A model generated the notes under the pieces. The model saw only the letters and a list, made by a program, of their open reading frames with translations, was not told the DNA's origin and made no database searches. The position numbers and the translations under genes were made by a program. A stretch of 52,770 nucleotides of DNA, taken from NCBI GenBank assembly GCA_038046385.1, contig JBBSWH010000007.1, forward strand, positions 1 through 52,770. The letters run 5' to 3'. Shown piece after piece: positions 29,042 through 39,157 of this stretch. The DNA is from Nanobdellota archaeon. GTDB lineage: Archaea > Nanobdellota > Nanobdellia > Woesearchaeales > GW2011-AR4. Position 1 is the stretch's first letter; each line of letters opens with the position of its first letter.

Positions 29042-30202
29042 TTACTCGTTTTTGGACGCTGCTATCACTGCCTTTGCAATCTTTGCAGCCACGCTCTTGT
29101 CAAGCGTTGACGGAAGTATTTTTTTCCTTGAAGGCTTTATGGAATTAGCAAGCGCATGCGCAGCCGCTATCTTCATTTTGTCTGTTATGCTGGTGATTCT
29201 GGCATCAAGCGCTCCCCTGAAAATTCCGGGGAACACAAGAGAGTTGTTTATCTGGTTTGGAAAATCGCTTCTTCCTGAAGCAACTATAAATGCTGATTTT
29301 GACGCTTCATCAGGATATATCTCAGGAACGGGATTTGCCATCGCAAATACAATCGGATTTTTGTTCATTGTCTTTATGTCATCCAAGGTGACCAGATTTC
29401 CTGCTGAAACTCCTATAAAAACATCAGCACCCTTCAGTGCATCTTTAAGCGCTCCTTTTTTTCTCGTTCTGTTTGTGGACTTTGCAAGCTCCTTCTTGTG
29501 CTCGTTCAAATCTTTTCTTCCTTCGTAGATTATTCCCTTGCTATCGCATATCGTGATGTCTTTCACAGATGTGCATATATTTTTGTCCATGCCGAGGCAG
29601 AGAAGCAGATGCGCAACAGATGTTCCTGCGGCTCCTGCGCCGCTGATGACAACGGAAAGGTCTTCAATATTCTTTTTAGCTACTTTTGCAGAATTCAAAA
29701 GCGCTGCAAGTATTGCTATTGCAGTTCCGTGCTGGTCATCGTGCATTACAGGTATCCCTATATCCTGGAGTTTTTTTTCGATTGAGAAACATCTTGGAGC
29801 AGATATATCTTCCAGGTTTATTCCGCCGAAACCAGGCGATATATTCTTCACAATGCTTACTATCTCGTCAGCATCCTGTGTCCCGAGGCATATCGGATAG
29901 GCGTCTATGTTTGCAAGCTCCTTGAAAAGCACACATTTTCCTTCCATGACCGGGAGTGCTGCCTCTGGCCCTATATTTCCTAGCCCCAATACAGCGCTTC
30001 CGTCCGTAACAACTGCAATAGAATTTGACTTCATGGTGTATTCATACGCTTTTTCCCTGTCTTTGGCAATTTCTTTTGACACTGCCGCGACTCCTGGCGT
30101 GTATATCAGACTAAGGTCTCTTCTTGTCTTTACTCTGACTTTTGATTTAATTTCAATTTTCCCTTTGTTTAGCCTGTGCAGGTCAAGTGCATGCTTGAAC
30201 AT
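29042..30202 (-). CDS. NAD(P)-dependent malic enzyme (minimal type)
   Basis: YTPGVA, VMEGK, INLEDI, HDDQHGTA, GAGAAG, GRSDFPNQINN. Confidence 0.95.
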   Translation of the reverse strand: MFKHALDLHRLNKGKIEIKSKVRVKTRRDLSLIYTPGVAAVSKEIAKDREKAYEYTMKSNSIAVVTDGSAVLGLGNIGPEAALPVMEGKCVLFKELANIDAYPICLGTQDADEIVSIVKNISPGFGGINLEDISAPRCFSIEKKLQDIGIPVMHDDQHGTAIAILAALLNSAKVAKKNIEDLSVVISGAGAAGTSVAHLLLCLGMDKNICTSVKDITICDSKGIIYEGRKDLNEHKKELAKSTNRTRKKGALKDALKGADVFIGVSAGNLVTLDDIKTMNKNPIVFAMANPVPEIYPDEASKSAFIVASGRSDFPNQINNSLVFPGIFRGALDARITSITDKMKIAAAHALANSIKPSRKKILPSTLDKSVAAKIAKAVIAASKNE

Positions 30203-30339
30203 TTTAGCGTGTCTCCATTTTTTGAAAAGATTTAGAAATATTGTTTTGATTTATCATGAGTAAAAGAAAGCAAAATGTAGTTTTTAAATGTTATGCAACT
30301 AGAATTTTATTGTTGGAAGTTTATTGTTGGAATAGAATG

Positions 30340-30756
30340 CTAACTGAATAATGTCGGGTTTTGTGCCTTTATTTCGGCTGCTATCTCAGCAGGGTCTGCG
30401 CTGTAGTGGTTTGTAGCTAATACTTGCATGCCTGCCCCATTTAAGTTTGGTGCTTGTCTCATATGTCCGCTTAGAATGACTATCCCTTCCGGCAGTTCTC
30501 TCCATTTCATCATATTAACATGGCCCCTAAGATGAAAATACCTGCCATCTCCAATATCAAAGAAAGCATTTACATTATGGGCTAATTCAGGGTGTGAAAG
30601 GAATTCATTATCTCTTTTTAGTTCTACGCCACCGTAGCCGGTTAGGTTTGCAGCTACCTGTTCAAAAATACCAGTTACTCTTGCAGCAATATCATTAAAA
30701 GAAGTCCTTTCCGTATGAGTAGTTGCACCGACATCTCCCCCAACAGCATTTGTCAT
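30340..30756 (-). CDS. Hypothetical protein
   Basis: 138-aa ORF; TATA 30 nt upstream. Confidence 0.6.
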   Translation of the reverse strand: MTNAVGGDVGATTHTERTSFNDIAARVTGIFEQVAANLTGYGGVELKRDNEFLSHPELAHNVNAFFDIGDGRYFHLRGHVNMMKWRELPEGIVILSGHMRQAPNLNGAGMQVLATNHYSADPAEIAAEIKAQNPTLFS

Positions 30757-30804
30757 TTACTGGGGTAGTGAATAGGGATTTAAAAATATTCGCATTAGAA
30801 GCAT

Positions 30805-32052
30805 CTATTTCAGATTTCCCCTTAGCCTTTCTGCGTCAAGAACCTTCTTAACGGCGTTTATGTACAAAGAATTCCTCATGTTGCACCTGAAATCAATGCA
30901 CACCTTTGAAAGCTCCTTTACTGCTTTTGTCATATAATCCTTAAGCCTTTCAAGCACTCTTTCTTCTGTCCAGTAATAGTTCTGCGAGTTCTGAACCCAT
31001 TCAAAGTAAGATACAACTACGCCGCCGGCATTCGCAAGTATATCTGGGATGACAAAAATGTGCTTATCCAAAAGTATTTCATCTGCTTCCGGAGTTATTG
31101 GCGCATTTGCCATTTCAAGTATTAATTTTGCTTTTATCTTGTGAGCATTCTTTTTTGTTATCTGATCTTCAAGCGCAGCAGGAATCAGTACATCAACTTT
31201 TAGTTCCAATAATTCTTCATTTGAAACTTCCTTTGATCCTGAAAACTTTGCAACTTTCCCTGTTTTTTCCTTGTGCTTCATCACGTCTTTTATTTTCAAG
31301 CCTTTTGGGTTGTAAATCCCGCTTTTTGAGTCTGAAACAGCAACAACCTTGTAGCCCCATTCGTCAAGAATTCTTGCGATATGCATTCCAACATTTCCAA
31401 AACCCTGCACTGCAACTGATGTGCTTTTTGGTTTCATGTCAAAAGAATCGACCATTTCATGCAGCACATATGCGCCCCCCATTGATGTTGAGAATTCACG
31501 CGCTTTTGATCCTCCAAGCAATATTGGCTTGCCTGTCAAAACACCTGGAACGTGCTTTCCTTCAAGCTTTTCATACTCGTCAAGCATCCACGCCATTATC
31601 TGAGAATTTGTGTTTACATCCGGCGCCGGAATGTCAATCTGCGGCCCGATAAAATGCCTTATCTCCCTTATGTAGCCCCTGCTCACTCTTTCAAGCTCTT
31701 CTTTTGAGAATTTGCTTGGGTTTATCATCACGCCGCCTTTTGCCCCGCCGTACGGAAGCCCAATAACAGCGCACTTTAATGTCATCAAAAATGCAAGTGT
31801 CTTTATCTCCTCTAAATTCACATCAGGATGAAACCTTATTCCGCCTTTTGTCGGTCCAAGCGCATCATTATACTGCACTCTGTATCCTGTAAAATACCTT
31901 ATATCGCCTGAATCAAGCTTAACAGGAAAGCTGAATGTCAGAATTCTTTTTGGAATTGTCAGTATGTCGAGCTCTGCCTGAGTCAGTTTCAGAATTTTCG
32001 CGACTTTGTCAACCTGGTTTGAGCAGTTGATGCATACATTGTCTTTTTCCAT
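30805..32052 (-). CDS. gdhA: Glutamate dehydrogenase
   Basis: KGGIRFHP, LPYGGAKGG, DIPAPDV, QGFGNVG, NAGGVVVSYFEWVQN. Confidence 0.95.
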   Translation of the reverse strand: MEKDNVCINCSNQVDKVAKILKLTQAELDILTIPKRILTFSFPVKLDSGDIRYFTGYRVQYNDALGPTKGGIRFHPDVNLEEIKTLAFLMTLKCAVIGLPYGGAKGGVMINPSKFSKEELERVSRGYIREIRHFIGPQIDIPAPDVNTNSQIMAWMLDEYEKLEGKHVPGVLTGKPILLGGSKAREFSTSMGGAYVLHEMVDSFDMKPKSTSVAVQGFGNVGMHIARILDEWGYKVVAVSDSKSGIYNPKGLKIKDVMKHKEKTGKVAKFSGSKEVSNEELLELKVDVLIPAALEDQITKKNAHKIKAKLILEMANAPITPEADEILLDKHIFVIPDILANAGGVVVSYFEWVQNSQNYYWTEERVLERLKDYMTKAVKELSKVCIDFRCNMRNSLYINAVKKVLDAERLRGNLK

Positions 32053-32069
32053 AATTTAATCTTTTATTT

Positions 32070-32312
32070 TTACAGTCCAAGCGCTTTCTTTAGCGCTTCT
32101 TTATCGTATCCCACTATGATTATTCCTTCAACATCTGTCACAGGCACACCCATCTGGCCCGACTTCTCGAACACTTCTGTTCTTCTCTTCTCATCGCCTG
32201 TAACGCTGATTTCCTCATATTTTACATTGTTTGCTTTTAAGAAATCCTTTGTCTTTACGCACCACGGGCACGTAACTGATGTATAGATTTTAACGCTTTT
32301 TGCTTTTGCCAT
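32070..32312 (-). CDS. Glutaredoxin-like (NrdH/YruB) protein
   Basis: CPWC and GQMGVP; SD GGAGG. Confidence 0.9.
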   Translation of the reverse strand: MAKAKSVKIYTSVTCPWCVKTKDFLKANNVKYEEISVTGDEKRRTEVFEKSGQMGVPVTDVEGIIIVGYDKEALKKALGL

Positions 32313-32382
32313 TTTACAGCCTCCTTTTATAGCAGTGAAGAGGCCTTTTATCTTTAATAAGCTTTTCTTTTCATAAGCATTG

Positions 32383-32564
32383 GTTTTGCCATCACTATGT
32401 CAAAAATTTCAATTTTACGAATAAACAGTAAATTTTTGAGCATGCTCATAAATCTTTGATTTATGACATGTGCGCATTTTCTATTTAATCAGATAACAAA
32501 AAGGAAGTTCCAGTGGGAATTTTTGTAATCATCTAAAAACGTGTAATGCGAACGATGGCAAAAC
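32383..32564. repeat. Nested palindromic element (MITE/REP-like or structured ncRNA)
   Basis: Terminal GTTTTGCCATC/GATGGCAAAAC with three internal hairpins; right end recurs at 42787-42807. Confidence 0.7.
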
Positions 32565-32652
32565 GTACATTTTCAACAAGTCATTTTATTTAGGAAATAT
32601 TTATAAACAAGAAATTTCAAAATAGGATAATAAATCAGGAAGGTGATTAATT

Positions 32653-33066
32653 ATGGCAGTTGAAATAAATATGTTTGCGGTTTTTGTATCTGCGGTTGTT
32701 TCTATGGTAGTTGGCTCTTTGTGGTATGGTCCGCTTTTTGGAAAGGAATGGATGAGATTGGAAGGCACGGCCGGCAAAAAAACCAAGGGCGCCAAAAAAG
32801 GAAGTGTTATGCAGAGCTATGCCATTGGATTTGTTTCATATTTGCTGATGAGCTATATACTGGGATATTTTGTTGACTATTCCGGCGCAATTACATTTGT
32901 AGAAGGGGCAATCCTCGGCGTATGGATATGGGCAGGGTTCTTTGCAACATCAATGCTCGGCATGGTGCTTTGGGAAGGCAAGCCGGTCAGGCTGTACATG
33001 ATAAAATCGCTGTACTTCCTTGTTGTATTAAGCTTAATGGCAGGCATACAGGCAGTGTGGGTTTAA
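32653..33066 (+). CDS. DUF1761-like membrane protein
   Basis: GSLWYGPLFGKEW; four TM segments; SD AGGTGA. Confidence 0.8.
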   Translation: MAVEINMFAVFVSAVVSMVVGSLWYGPLFGKEWMRLEGTAGKKTKGAKKGSVMQSYAIGFVSYLLMSYILGYFVDYSGAITFVEGAILGVWIWAGFFATSMLGMVLWEGKPVRLYMIKSLYFLVVLSLMAGIQAVWV

Positions 33067-33104
33067 AGCAAAAGTTTAAATCCTTTATTTCTTTCTTTTT
33101 TATT

Positions 33105-33935
33105 ATGAAGCACCTTTTATTCGGCACTGCAGGGATTCCTTTAAGCACAAATCCGCGCACAACAGGAGACGGAATCCAGCACGTCAAAACTCTTGGGCTT
33201 GGCGCTATGGAAATGGAATTTGTCCACAGCGTTAATATTTCAAAGGAAAAAGCGCCGGAAATAAAAAAGATAGCAGAAGATAATGAGGTAATTCTAACGT
33301 GCCACGCGCCTTTCTTCATCAATTTAAATTCGAATGAGCCTGCAAAATTGAACGCAAGCATTCAAAGAATTCTGAATTCTGCAAGAATCACAAATCTGTG
33401 CGGGGGATACAGCACATGCTTCCACGCCGGGTTCTACCAAGGGCAAGATCCAAAGAAAGTTTACGAAAACATAAAGAAGGCAATGAAAGAAATTGTTTCA
33501 ACTCTTAAAAAAGAAAATAATAATATCTGGATACGACCGGAGACAACGGGAAAGGCAACGCAGTTTGGCGACATGAACGAGATTCTTCAGTTAAGCCAGG
33601 AGCTTGACAATGTAATGCCGTGCGTTGATTTTGCGCACTTTCATGCAAGAACAAACGGAAAATACAACTCTTACAAAGAATTTGCATCCATTCTCGAAGC
33701 AATAGAAAAAAAATTAGGAAAGAAAGGCCTTGAGAACATGCACATGCACGTAACAGGCATTGCATATGGGGAGAAAGGCGAGAAGCACCATCTTACATTG
33801 GAAGAATCTGATTTAAAATATAAAGAGCTGATGAAAGCATTAAAGGATTTTAATGTAAAAGGTGTTGCAATCAGCGAAAGCCCGAACATAGAGCAGGACG
33901 CTTTATTGATGAAGAAGGTGTATAATAAGTTTTAG
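33105..33935 (+). CDS. nfo: Endonuclease IV (AP endonuclease family 2)
   Basis: FGTAG, HAPFFINL, FHAG, RPETTGK, DFAHFHAR, ISESP; start 30 nt after the TATA box. Confidence 0.9.
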   Translation: MKHLLFGTAGIPLSTNPRTTGDGIQHVKTLGLGAMEMEFVHSVNISKEKAPEIKKIAEDNEVILTCHAPFFINLNSNEPAKLNASIQRILNSARITNLCGGYSTCFHAGFYQGQDPKKVYENIKKAMKEIVSTLKKENNNIWIRPETTGKATQFGDMNEILQLSQELDNVMPCVDFAHFHARTNGKYNSYKEFASILEAIEKKLGKKGLENMHMHVTGIAYGEKGEKHHLTLEESDLKYKELMKALKDFNVKGVAISESPNIEQDALLMKKVYNKF

Positions 33936-35098
33936 CCAAAAGTAAATGTATACAGCTTGAATCCTTTTCCCCTTATTGTTGCTTTTAACAAATGCTCTTT
34001 GTATCCATCTGCATTCGCAAGATTATATAGCTTGAATTCGCTTATGTTTTGAGGATTTTGTTTTTTGTTGTCCAAAAATGTTACTGCTTCAGAGCCTGCT
34101 TCAGAGCCTGCTTCAGAGCCTGCAACAATATTCACGGATTTGGCGTCAAACACGAGCAAAAAGCTCCCCCCATCACTCATTAGTTCCATATTGTCCGGGT
34201 TGCTCTTCCACTTGCCTTCAAGATAAACATTGTTGCCTTTGATTTTAGAAGGCATGGCATAATCAATTACAGTGTCCTGCCCGAATCCTTCAGGGTTTCC
34301 GAAATTGCCGCGTGAAAACTGGTATCCTAAATAAATTTCCGGTGTTCCTATTTTGCCTGAGCTTGTGTTGATTGCATCCAATGGCTTGCTTGTTTCAAAA
34401 TCAACGTTTCCTTTTTCTCCTAACTTTTCCATCCTCTCCTGCAGAAGCTCCTGTATTGCTTTTTCTGTTTCTTCATATCCCCCTTCTCCAATATGGTCAT
34501 ACCGGACTCGTCCGTAAATATCTATGAGAAATTTATGAGGCCAGTACCTGTTTTGATAACTTTGCCATGTTGCATAGTAATTATCCTGCGCAACTGCATA
34601 TTTTATGCTGTATTGATTAACAGCTTTCAAAACATTGTCATAATCTTTTTCAAATTCAAATTCAGGAGTATGAACTCCGACAATTACTAGTCCCTTATCA
34701 CGATATTTCTGGTCCCAGTCTTTTAAATAAGGCAAAGTCCTTATGCAGTTGATGCATGTGTAAGTCCAAAAATCCACCAAAACAACTTTACCCCTAAGCT
34801 CTTCTATTTTCAGCGGCTCAGAATTTATCCATTTGTCAATGCCAACAAAATCAGGCGCCAATGGGTATTTTGTATCTCCAACGCCCAATGATAATATTGC
34901 ATCTTCTGTTTTTGCGTCCAGTTCGTTATTCGAAGAAAGGTTGTTTTCAAGCTGAGTATTCGTATTGCCCGTGTTAGTGTTTTGTGTTGGTAATGATATA
35001 TCTGGCTTCTGCGACTCTATGTAGGCTATTGCAGCAGCTACAAAAACCAAAACTATTACGGCCAAAACCGGCTTTTTTATGAAATTATTTTTTTTCAT
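33932..35098 (-). CDS. DipZ-like thioredoxin-fold protein with C-terminal domain
   Basis: N-terminal anchor, DFWTYTCINC, GVHTPEF, YWP, TPEIYLG, YTFTFG. Confidence 0.88.
   Translation of the reverse strand: MKKNNFIKKPVLAVIVLVFVAAAIAYIESQKPDISLPTQNTNTGNTNTQLENNLSSNNELDAKTEDAILSLGVGDTKYPLAPDFVGIDKWINSEPLKIEELRGKVVLVDFWTYTCINCIRTLPYLKDWDQKYRDKGLVIVGVHTPEFEFEKDYDNVLKAVNQYSIKYAVAQDNYYATWQSYQNRYWPHKFLIDIYGRVRYDHIGEGGYEETEKAIQELLQERMEKLGEKGNVDFETSKPLDAINTSSGKIGTPEIYLGYQFSRGNFGNPEGFGQDTVIDYAMPSKIKGNNVYLEGKWKSNPDNMELMSDGGSFLLVFDAKSVNIVAGSEAGSEAGSEAVTFLDNKKQNPQNISEFKLYNLANADGYKEHLLKATIRGKGFKLYTFTFG
34085..34123. repeat. In-frame 12-bp tandem repeat (x3)
   Basis: (TGCTTCAGAGCC)3 + TGC, encoding GSEAGSEAGSEA. 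Confidence 0.9.
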
Positions 35099-35796
35099 TT
35101 GAGCAGAAATGCAGGCGCAAACAGGTTGGCAACAACATTTAATTTATTTGTAAACACAAGTATTCCTAATATTAATAATAATATCCCTACAACGATGTTG
35201 AAATATTTCAATGCTTTTTCCGACTTGCTTATGAAAGCAGTCGCCTGCGAGCTGAATAGTCCGACGATTAAAAAAGGGATTCCAAGTCCCAAAGCATACG
35301 CAAGCAGCAAAACAAAGCTTAAGCTGGGGTTTGCGACAGCTAATGAGAGTATGCTTCCCAAAATGGCAGAAACGCACGGCGTCCATCCGACTGCAAAAGC
35401 TGCTCCGAACACAAATGAAGTAACATAAGTTATGCTGAATTTCTTTTTGACTGCAATCTTGTGGTCTCTCTCAAGGAAGCTTATTTTAACTAATCCAAGA
35501 ATATACATGGCAAAAATTATGATTATTGCTCCGCCAATCCTTGAAAGCCATTGCTGAACAGAGTATGAAATTCGTTCAAGCACTGTATTCAAAAGAACGC
35601 CAAGCAGCGCAAACACGACCGAAAATCCCAGAACAAAAGCAGCGCTGTTCAAAAACATCTTCAGTCTTGCGCCTTCTCCATTCGCTGAAGTTCCTGAAAG
35701 ATATGCAAGGAATCCGGGTATTATCGGCAGAATGCACGGGCTTGCAAAAGATACAATCCCTGCAATAAATGCGACTATAATGCTGACTTCAACCAT
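35095..35796 (-). CDS. ccdA: Cytochrome c biogenesis / thiol-disulfide transporter CcdA
   Basis: SFASPCILP and GWTPCV. Confidence 0.9.
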   Translation of the reverse strand: MVEVSIIVAFIAGIVSFASPCILPIIPGFLAYLSGTSANGEGARLKMFLNSAAFVLGFSVVFALLGVLLNTVLERISYSVQQWLSRIGGAIIIIFAMYILGLVKISFLERDHKIAVKKKFSITYVTSFVFGAAFAVGWTPCVSAILGSILSLAVANPSLSFVLLLAYALGLGIPFLIVGLFSSQATAFISKSEKALKYFNIVVGILLLILGILVFTNKLNVVANLFAPAFLLK

Positions 35797-36330
35797 TTAC
35801 TGCACCTTCGCAATCTCGTCAAGATATCTTTGTCTGTTCCATGCTTCAAGTGATTTTGCCACTTTTTGTCCATTTTTCAAAATGACTTTTGTATGCTGGT
35901 ACGGGATTCCAAATTCTTTTGCAAGCGCTTCTTCATCAGCATCTGTGTCAGAATCCTTGTAGTTCACCCTAAAACCTACAACGTTTTCATAGTTCATATC
36001 ATTAAAAGCTGCAAAGGCTTCCGGCTGCTCTGCCTTGCACGTAGGGCACCAGCTTGCGTAAAAATTAAGCACTATGATTTTATTTTTCTTTAGTGCATTG
36101 TTATAATCCTCTTTTGTAAAATCCAAATAAAGTGATGTTTTTCCTGCAAGCAAGTTTCCGTTGTATCTTGATTGCATCGTGGAGATTTCATCTTGAATTA
36201 TAGAATCTTTTTCCATAATTGTATTCTCATCTTTAACCATAGTCTCCTGATTGATTGGCTCATTTGGCTGTGAACATCCCGCAGCAGCCAGTGCAAGAAT
36301 TGTAATCAAAACCATCATTATTTTCTTCAT
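35797..36330 (-). CDS. Thioredoxin-family lipoprotein
   Basis: AAGC lipobox-like signal; FYASWCPTC. Confidence 0.85.
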   Translation of the reverse strand: MKKIMMVLITILALAAAGCSQPNEPINQETMVKDENTIMEKDSIIQDEISTMQSRYNGNLLAGKTSLYLDFTKEDYNNALKKNKIIVLNFYASWCPTCKAEQPEAFAAFNDMNYENVVGFRVNYKDSDTDADEEALAKEFGIPYQHTKVILKNGQKVAKSLEAWNRQRYLDEIAKVQ

Positions 36331-36369
36331 TTTATCCTCCTGAGCCTTTGTTTATCTTAATCAATGTGG

Positions 36370-36666
36370 TTATTCCCATGTTATCTTCAATAATGTTAAA
36401 AACCCGCCAAGCTGCAGCAACGTCAGTATGAACACATGCTTTTCCACTTCAACCGCGTAGTAGTCCATCATTGTTGCAAAATAATAAAACGACACTATAT
36501 TCTGTATCAAAAACAAAAGCGCAAATATGAAAAGCCCGAGTGTAAAACTTGATTTCATTTTTCTCAGGCTGTTGAAATATACATAAAGCAAAGCCAGCAG
36601 CGCAATTATTGAAACAGCTGTCAGAATTGTTGTTACTTTCATTATCATTGAATCCATATTATCCAC
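36370..36666 (-). CDS. Small three-TM membrane protein
   Basis: Hydrophobic ORF with SD GAGGTG, downstream of the regulator. Confidence 0.75.
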   Translation of the reverse strand: MDNMDSMIMKVTTILTAVSIIALLALLYVYFNSLRKMKSSFTLGLFIFALLFLIQNIVSFYYFATMMDYYAVEVEKHVFILTLLQLGGFLTLLKITWE

Positions 36667-36684
36667 CTCATTGCGTTTGTTTAA

Positions 36685-36969
36685 TTACTTTTTCCCAAAT
36701 CTTACCCAAATTGAATCAAATATTGCAATATCTGCTTTCATCATCTCTGAAAGAAAGTAAGCTGCGCCGTAATTTCCTTTATTGACGGCAGTGATTATAT
36801 TGTTTTTCTCCAAAACTTCAAGATGATGTCTTATAGTCTTATAATCCATATTCAGAATTTCCTTTATCTTATGAGCATTGCACGGGGTTTTTCTCAAGAG
36901 TTCAATTATTCTGCCCCTTGTCTCGCCGCCCTTGGTTCCCGCTATAAGATACCACAACAGGTTTTTCAT
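36685..36969 (-). CDS. ArsR-like winged-helix regulator
   Basis: LLWYLIAGTKGGETR...DYKTIRHHLEVLEKN...YG. Confidence 0.88.
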   Translation of the reverse strand: MKNLLWYLIAGTKGGETRGRIIELLRKTPCNAHKIKEILNMDYKTIRHHLEVLEKNNIITAVNKGNYGAAYFLSEMMKADIAIFDSIWVRFGKK

Positions 36970-37008
36970 AAGAAATAATTTTTATTGACACTATTTATAG
37001 TTTGCGGG

Positions 37009-38247
37009 TTATACCTCATGAAATATCTTCCTTTCCTGTTCCTTAAAAAACATTACGAAAACAAGCCATGCTATGAACATTAAAGCTGCTGATACAATTA
37101 TTGGAAGATAAAGATGGATGCTAACGATAAATCCTGCGACTATCGGGGGTATTGATATCCCAAGCGCTTGTATTGACTGGTTTATGCCCAATATTTCTCC
37201 CTGAGAGTCCTTTGCGCCCAATCCGGATACGATTGCAGTGTAATTCGGGAATGTTAGTCCGGCAAATATTGCAATGACTGCATTAACAGCATAAAGATAA
37301 AATAATTTTGTTGGTATCAAAAGCAAAGGAAGCGAAATTGCCAAAAGCAGTATTGAAAATGGGAGAATCTGCTTTGGGCTGAATCTTTTTGAAAGTACTC
37401 TTGTCAAAAATCCCTGGGAGAATGCTATCCAAATGCCTACAAAAGCAAAAAGAGTGCCTATATCTGACTGATTGAAGCTGAATTTTTCAATAAGAAGGAC
37501 TTGGAAAAACTGCGTGAAAAAATTGAATCCGAGAGTTATTAGAAATACTATAATAAAGATTACTCTTAAATTTCTGATAGTAAATGCCTTGCGTATATTT
37601 CTAAAGCCGGTTAGCATGCTTATTTTTGTATGAATCCTCGTTGTTGATGTTTCCTTAAAATAATTGGCAACCATCAGCATGTTGAACAGCGCAAGCAGTG
37701 ATGCAAACCACAAAGGGGTTGCATAATTAAACCATGAAACCAGCGTCGGGTCTGCGAGCTTCCCCCCGATAAACGGTCCGAAGATGAATCCAAGCCCGAA
37801 AGCCATGCCCACAAGCCCAAAATTCTTTGCCTTTGATTTTTCGTCGCTTAAGTCAGCTATAGATGACATTACTATTGACAGATTTCCGCCGGCAAACCCG
37901 CCTATGATTCTGCTGGCAAACAGCAAAAAAAGGTTGTGCTGCAGAAGTGCAACGCCGAATAATAGATATCCCAAAAACGTGCCGGGCAGCGATAAGAAAA
38001 GGATTTTTTTTCTTCCGTATTTGTCAGACAAAGCTCCGAGTATCGGAGATCCAAAGAACTGCGCTATTGAGTATGATGCAATCAAAAAGCCAAGAAGCAT
38101 TGTCCTTGTGCCAAAACTGTATGAATCAGGAAGAAGCTCATTTCCAAGAAACAGCGGGCCAAGGATAGGTATAACAACCCCAATTCCGAGAAGGTCTATA
38201 AAAACTACAAGGAATATAGGAAATATTGAAAAATCTTTTTTTTGCAT
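37009..38247 (-). CDS. MFS transporter (TetA/DHA1-like)
   Basis: GALSDKYGRK motif A; GFIFGPFIGG. Confidence 0.92.
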   Translation of the reverse strand: MQKKDFSIFPIFLVVFIDLLGIGVVIPILGPLFLGNELLPDSYSFGTRTMLLGFLIASYSIAQFFGSPILGALSDKYGRKKILFLSLPGTFLGYLLFGVALLQHNLFLLFASRIIGGFAGGNLSIVMSSIADLSDEKSKAKNFGLVGMAFGLGFIFGPFIGGKLADPTLVSWFNYATPLWFASLLALFNMLMVANYFKETSTTRIHTKISMLTGFRNIRKAFTIRNLRVIFIIVFLITLGFNFFTQFFQVLLIEKFSFNQSDIGTLFAFVGIWIAFSQGFLTRVLSKRFSPKQILPFSILLLAISLPLLLIPTKLFYLYAVNAVIAIFAGLTFPNYTAIVSGLGAKDSQGEILGINQSIQALGISIPPIVAGFIVSIHLYLPIIVSAALMFIAWLVFVMFFKEQERKIFHEV

Positions 38248-38269
38248 AGATTTGAGAAATTATGATTAT

Positions 38270-39112
38270 TTATAAATTAAGCGATTGGGAAATTCTGGCT
38301 CCTTTTCTGTCAAAATACCAATAAGCAAACAGTGCAGCAGTCAATCCGTATTGTATTATGAACTGGATCCATTCCGGCCTGGAGTACCAGCCGATTGCAA
38401 TATACAGCGGTATCCCGAAAGCCCCTTCTTTGTGCTCAAATGGTGTTTTTGACAGGTCAAATGCTTTGGTAAAAACTGCGTTGTCCGGTGCAATCGCCCC
38501 AAGCCCTTTTGCAGCAGATAATCCTTCATGGACAGAATATCCTGCCAAAAAGCCGGCCTGCAGTATCAGATATGCAAGCGTGACATTGAAGATTGTTGAG
38601 AGTTTTATATTTACAATTGAATAGAATATCAGCAGCACAGCAACAATAGAAAGTGCAATCCCGGCAATTATCGGCAAAAGCGCGTATTTTCCGGCAAATG
38701 AGAATATGGCAATTTCCGCGCCTTCCCGCAAAACCATAATCATTGCCAATAAAAATATGCCTGCTTTTGAAAGGTTTAATGATGCTTTCTTTTCAACATG
38801 ATCTTTGATTTTGCTGCCGTGTTTTATCATCCAGATAATAAAGGTGGAAATTAAGATTACTGCAGCCAGGCTTGCGCTGCTTTCCAGTAGTTTTGCAGTG
38901 TTATCAGTTCCCCCTATTGCAGATGAAATCTTAAAAAGAATAATTCCGAGAATAATTGAAACAATGACTCCGGCAAATGTTCCCTGCCATACATTTTTCT
39001 TGAATTTTTTGTTGTTGCTTTTTTCCAGGAATTTAAGCAGTATTGCTATTATAAGGAATGCCTCCAGCCCCTCGCGGAATGCCACAATCAATGCCTGAAC
39101 AAAGGTTTCCAT
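38270..39112 (-). CDS. FTR1/EfeU-family iron permease
   Basis: REGLE and REGAE motifs. Confidence 0.92.
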   Translation of the reverse strand: METFVQALIVAFREGLEAFLIIAILLKFLEKSNNKKFKKNVWQGTFAGVIVSIILGIILFKISSAIGGTDNTAKLLESSASLAAVILISTFIIWMIKHGSKIKDHVEKKASLNLSKAGIFLLAMIMVLREGAEIAIFSFAGKYALLPIIAGIALSIVAVLLIFYSIVNIKLSTIFNVTLAYLILQAGFLAGYSVHEGLSAAKGLGAIAPDNAVFTKAFDLSKTPFEHKEGAFGIPLYIAIGWYSRPEWIQFIIQYGLTAALFAYWYFDRKGARISQSLNL

Positions 39113-39157
39113 TCTTAATCTCCCTTAAAATACCTGATTTATTGATATGTTTGAATA

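Noticed and set aside
30306-30332. 13-bp tandem repeat TTTATTGTTGGAA x2
   Set aside because: Only two adjacent copies downstream of a gene; simple slippage explains it.
32922-33104. N-terminal extension of endonuclease IV in the ORF track
   Set aside because: Overlaps the DUF1761-like gene; TATA spacing and family start point to ATG 33105.
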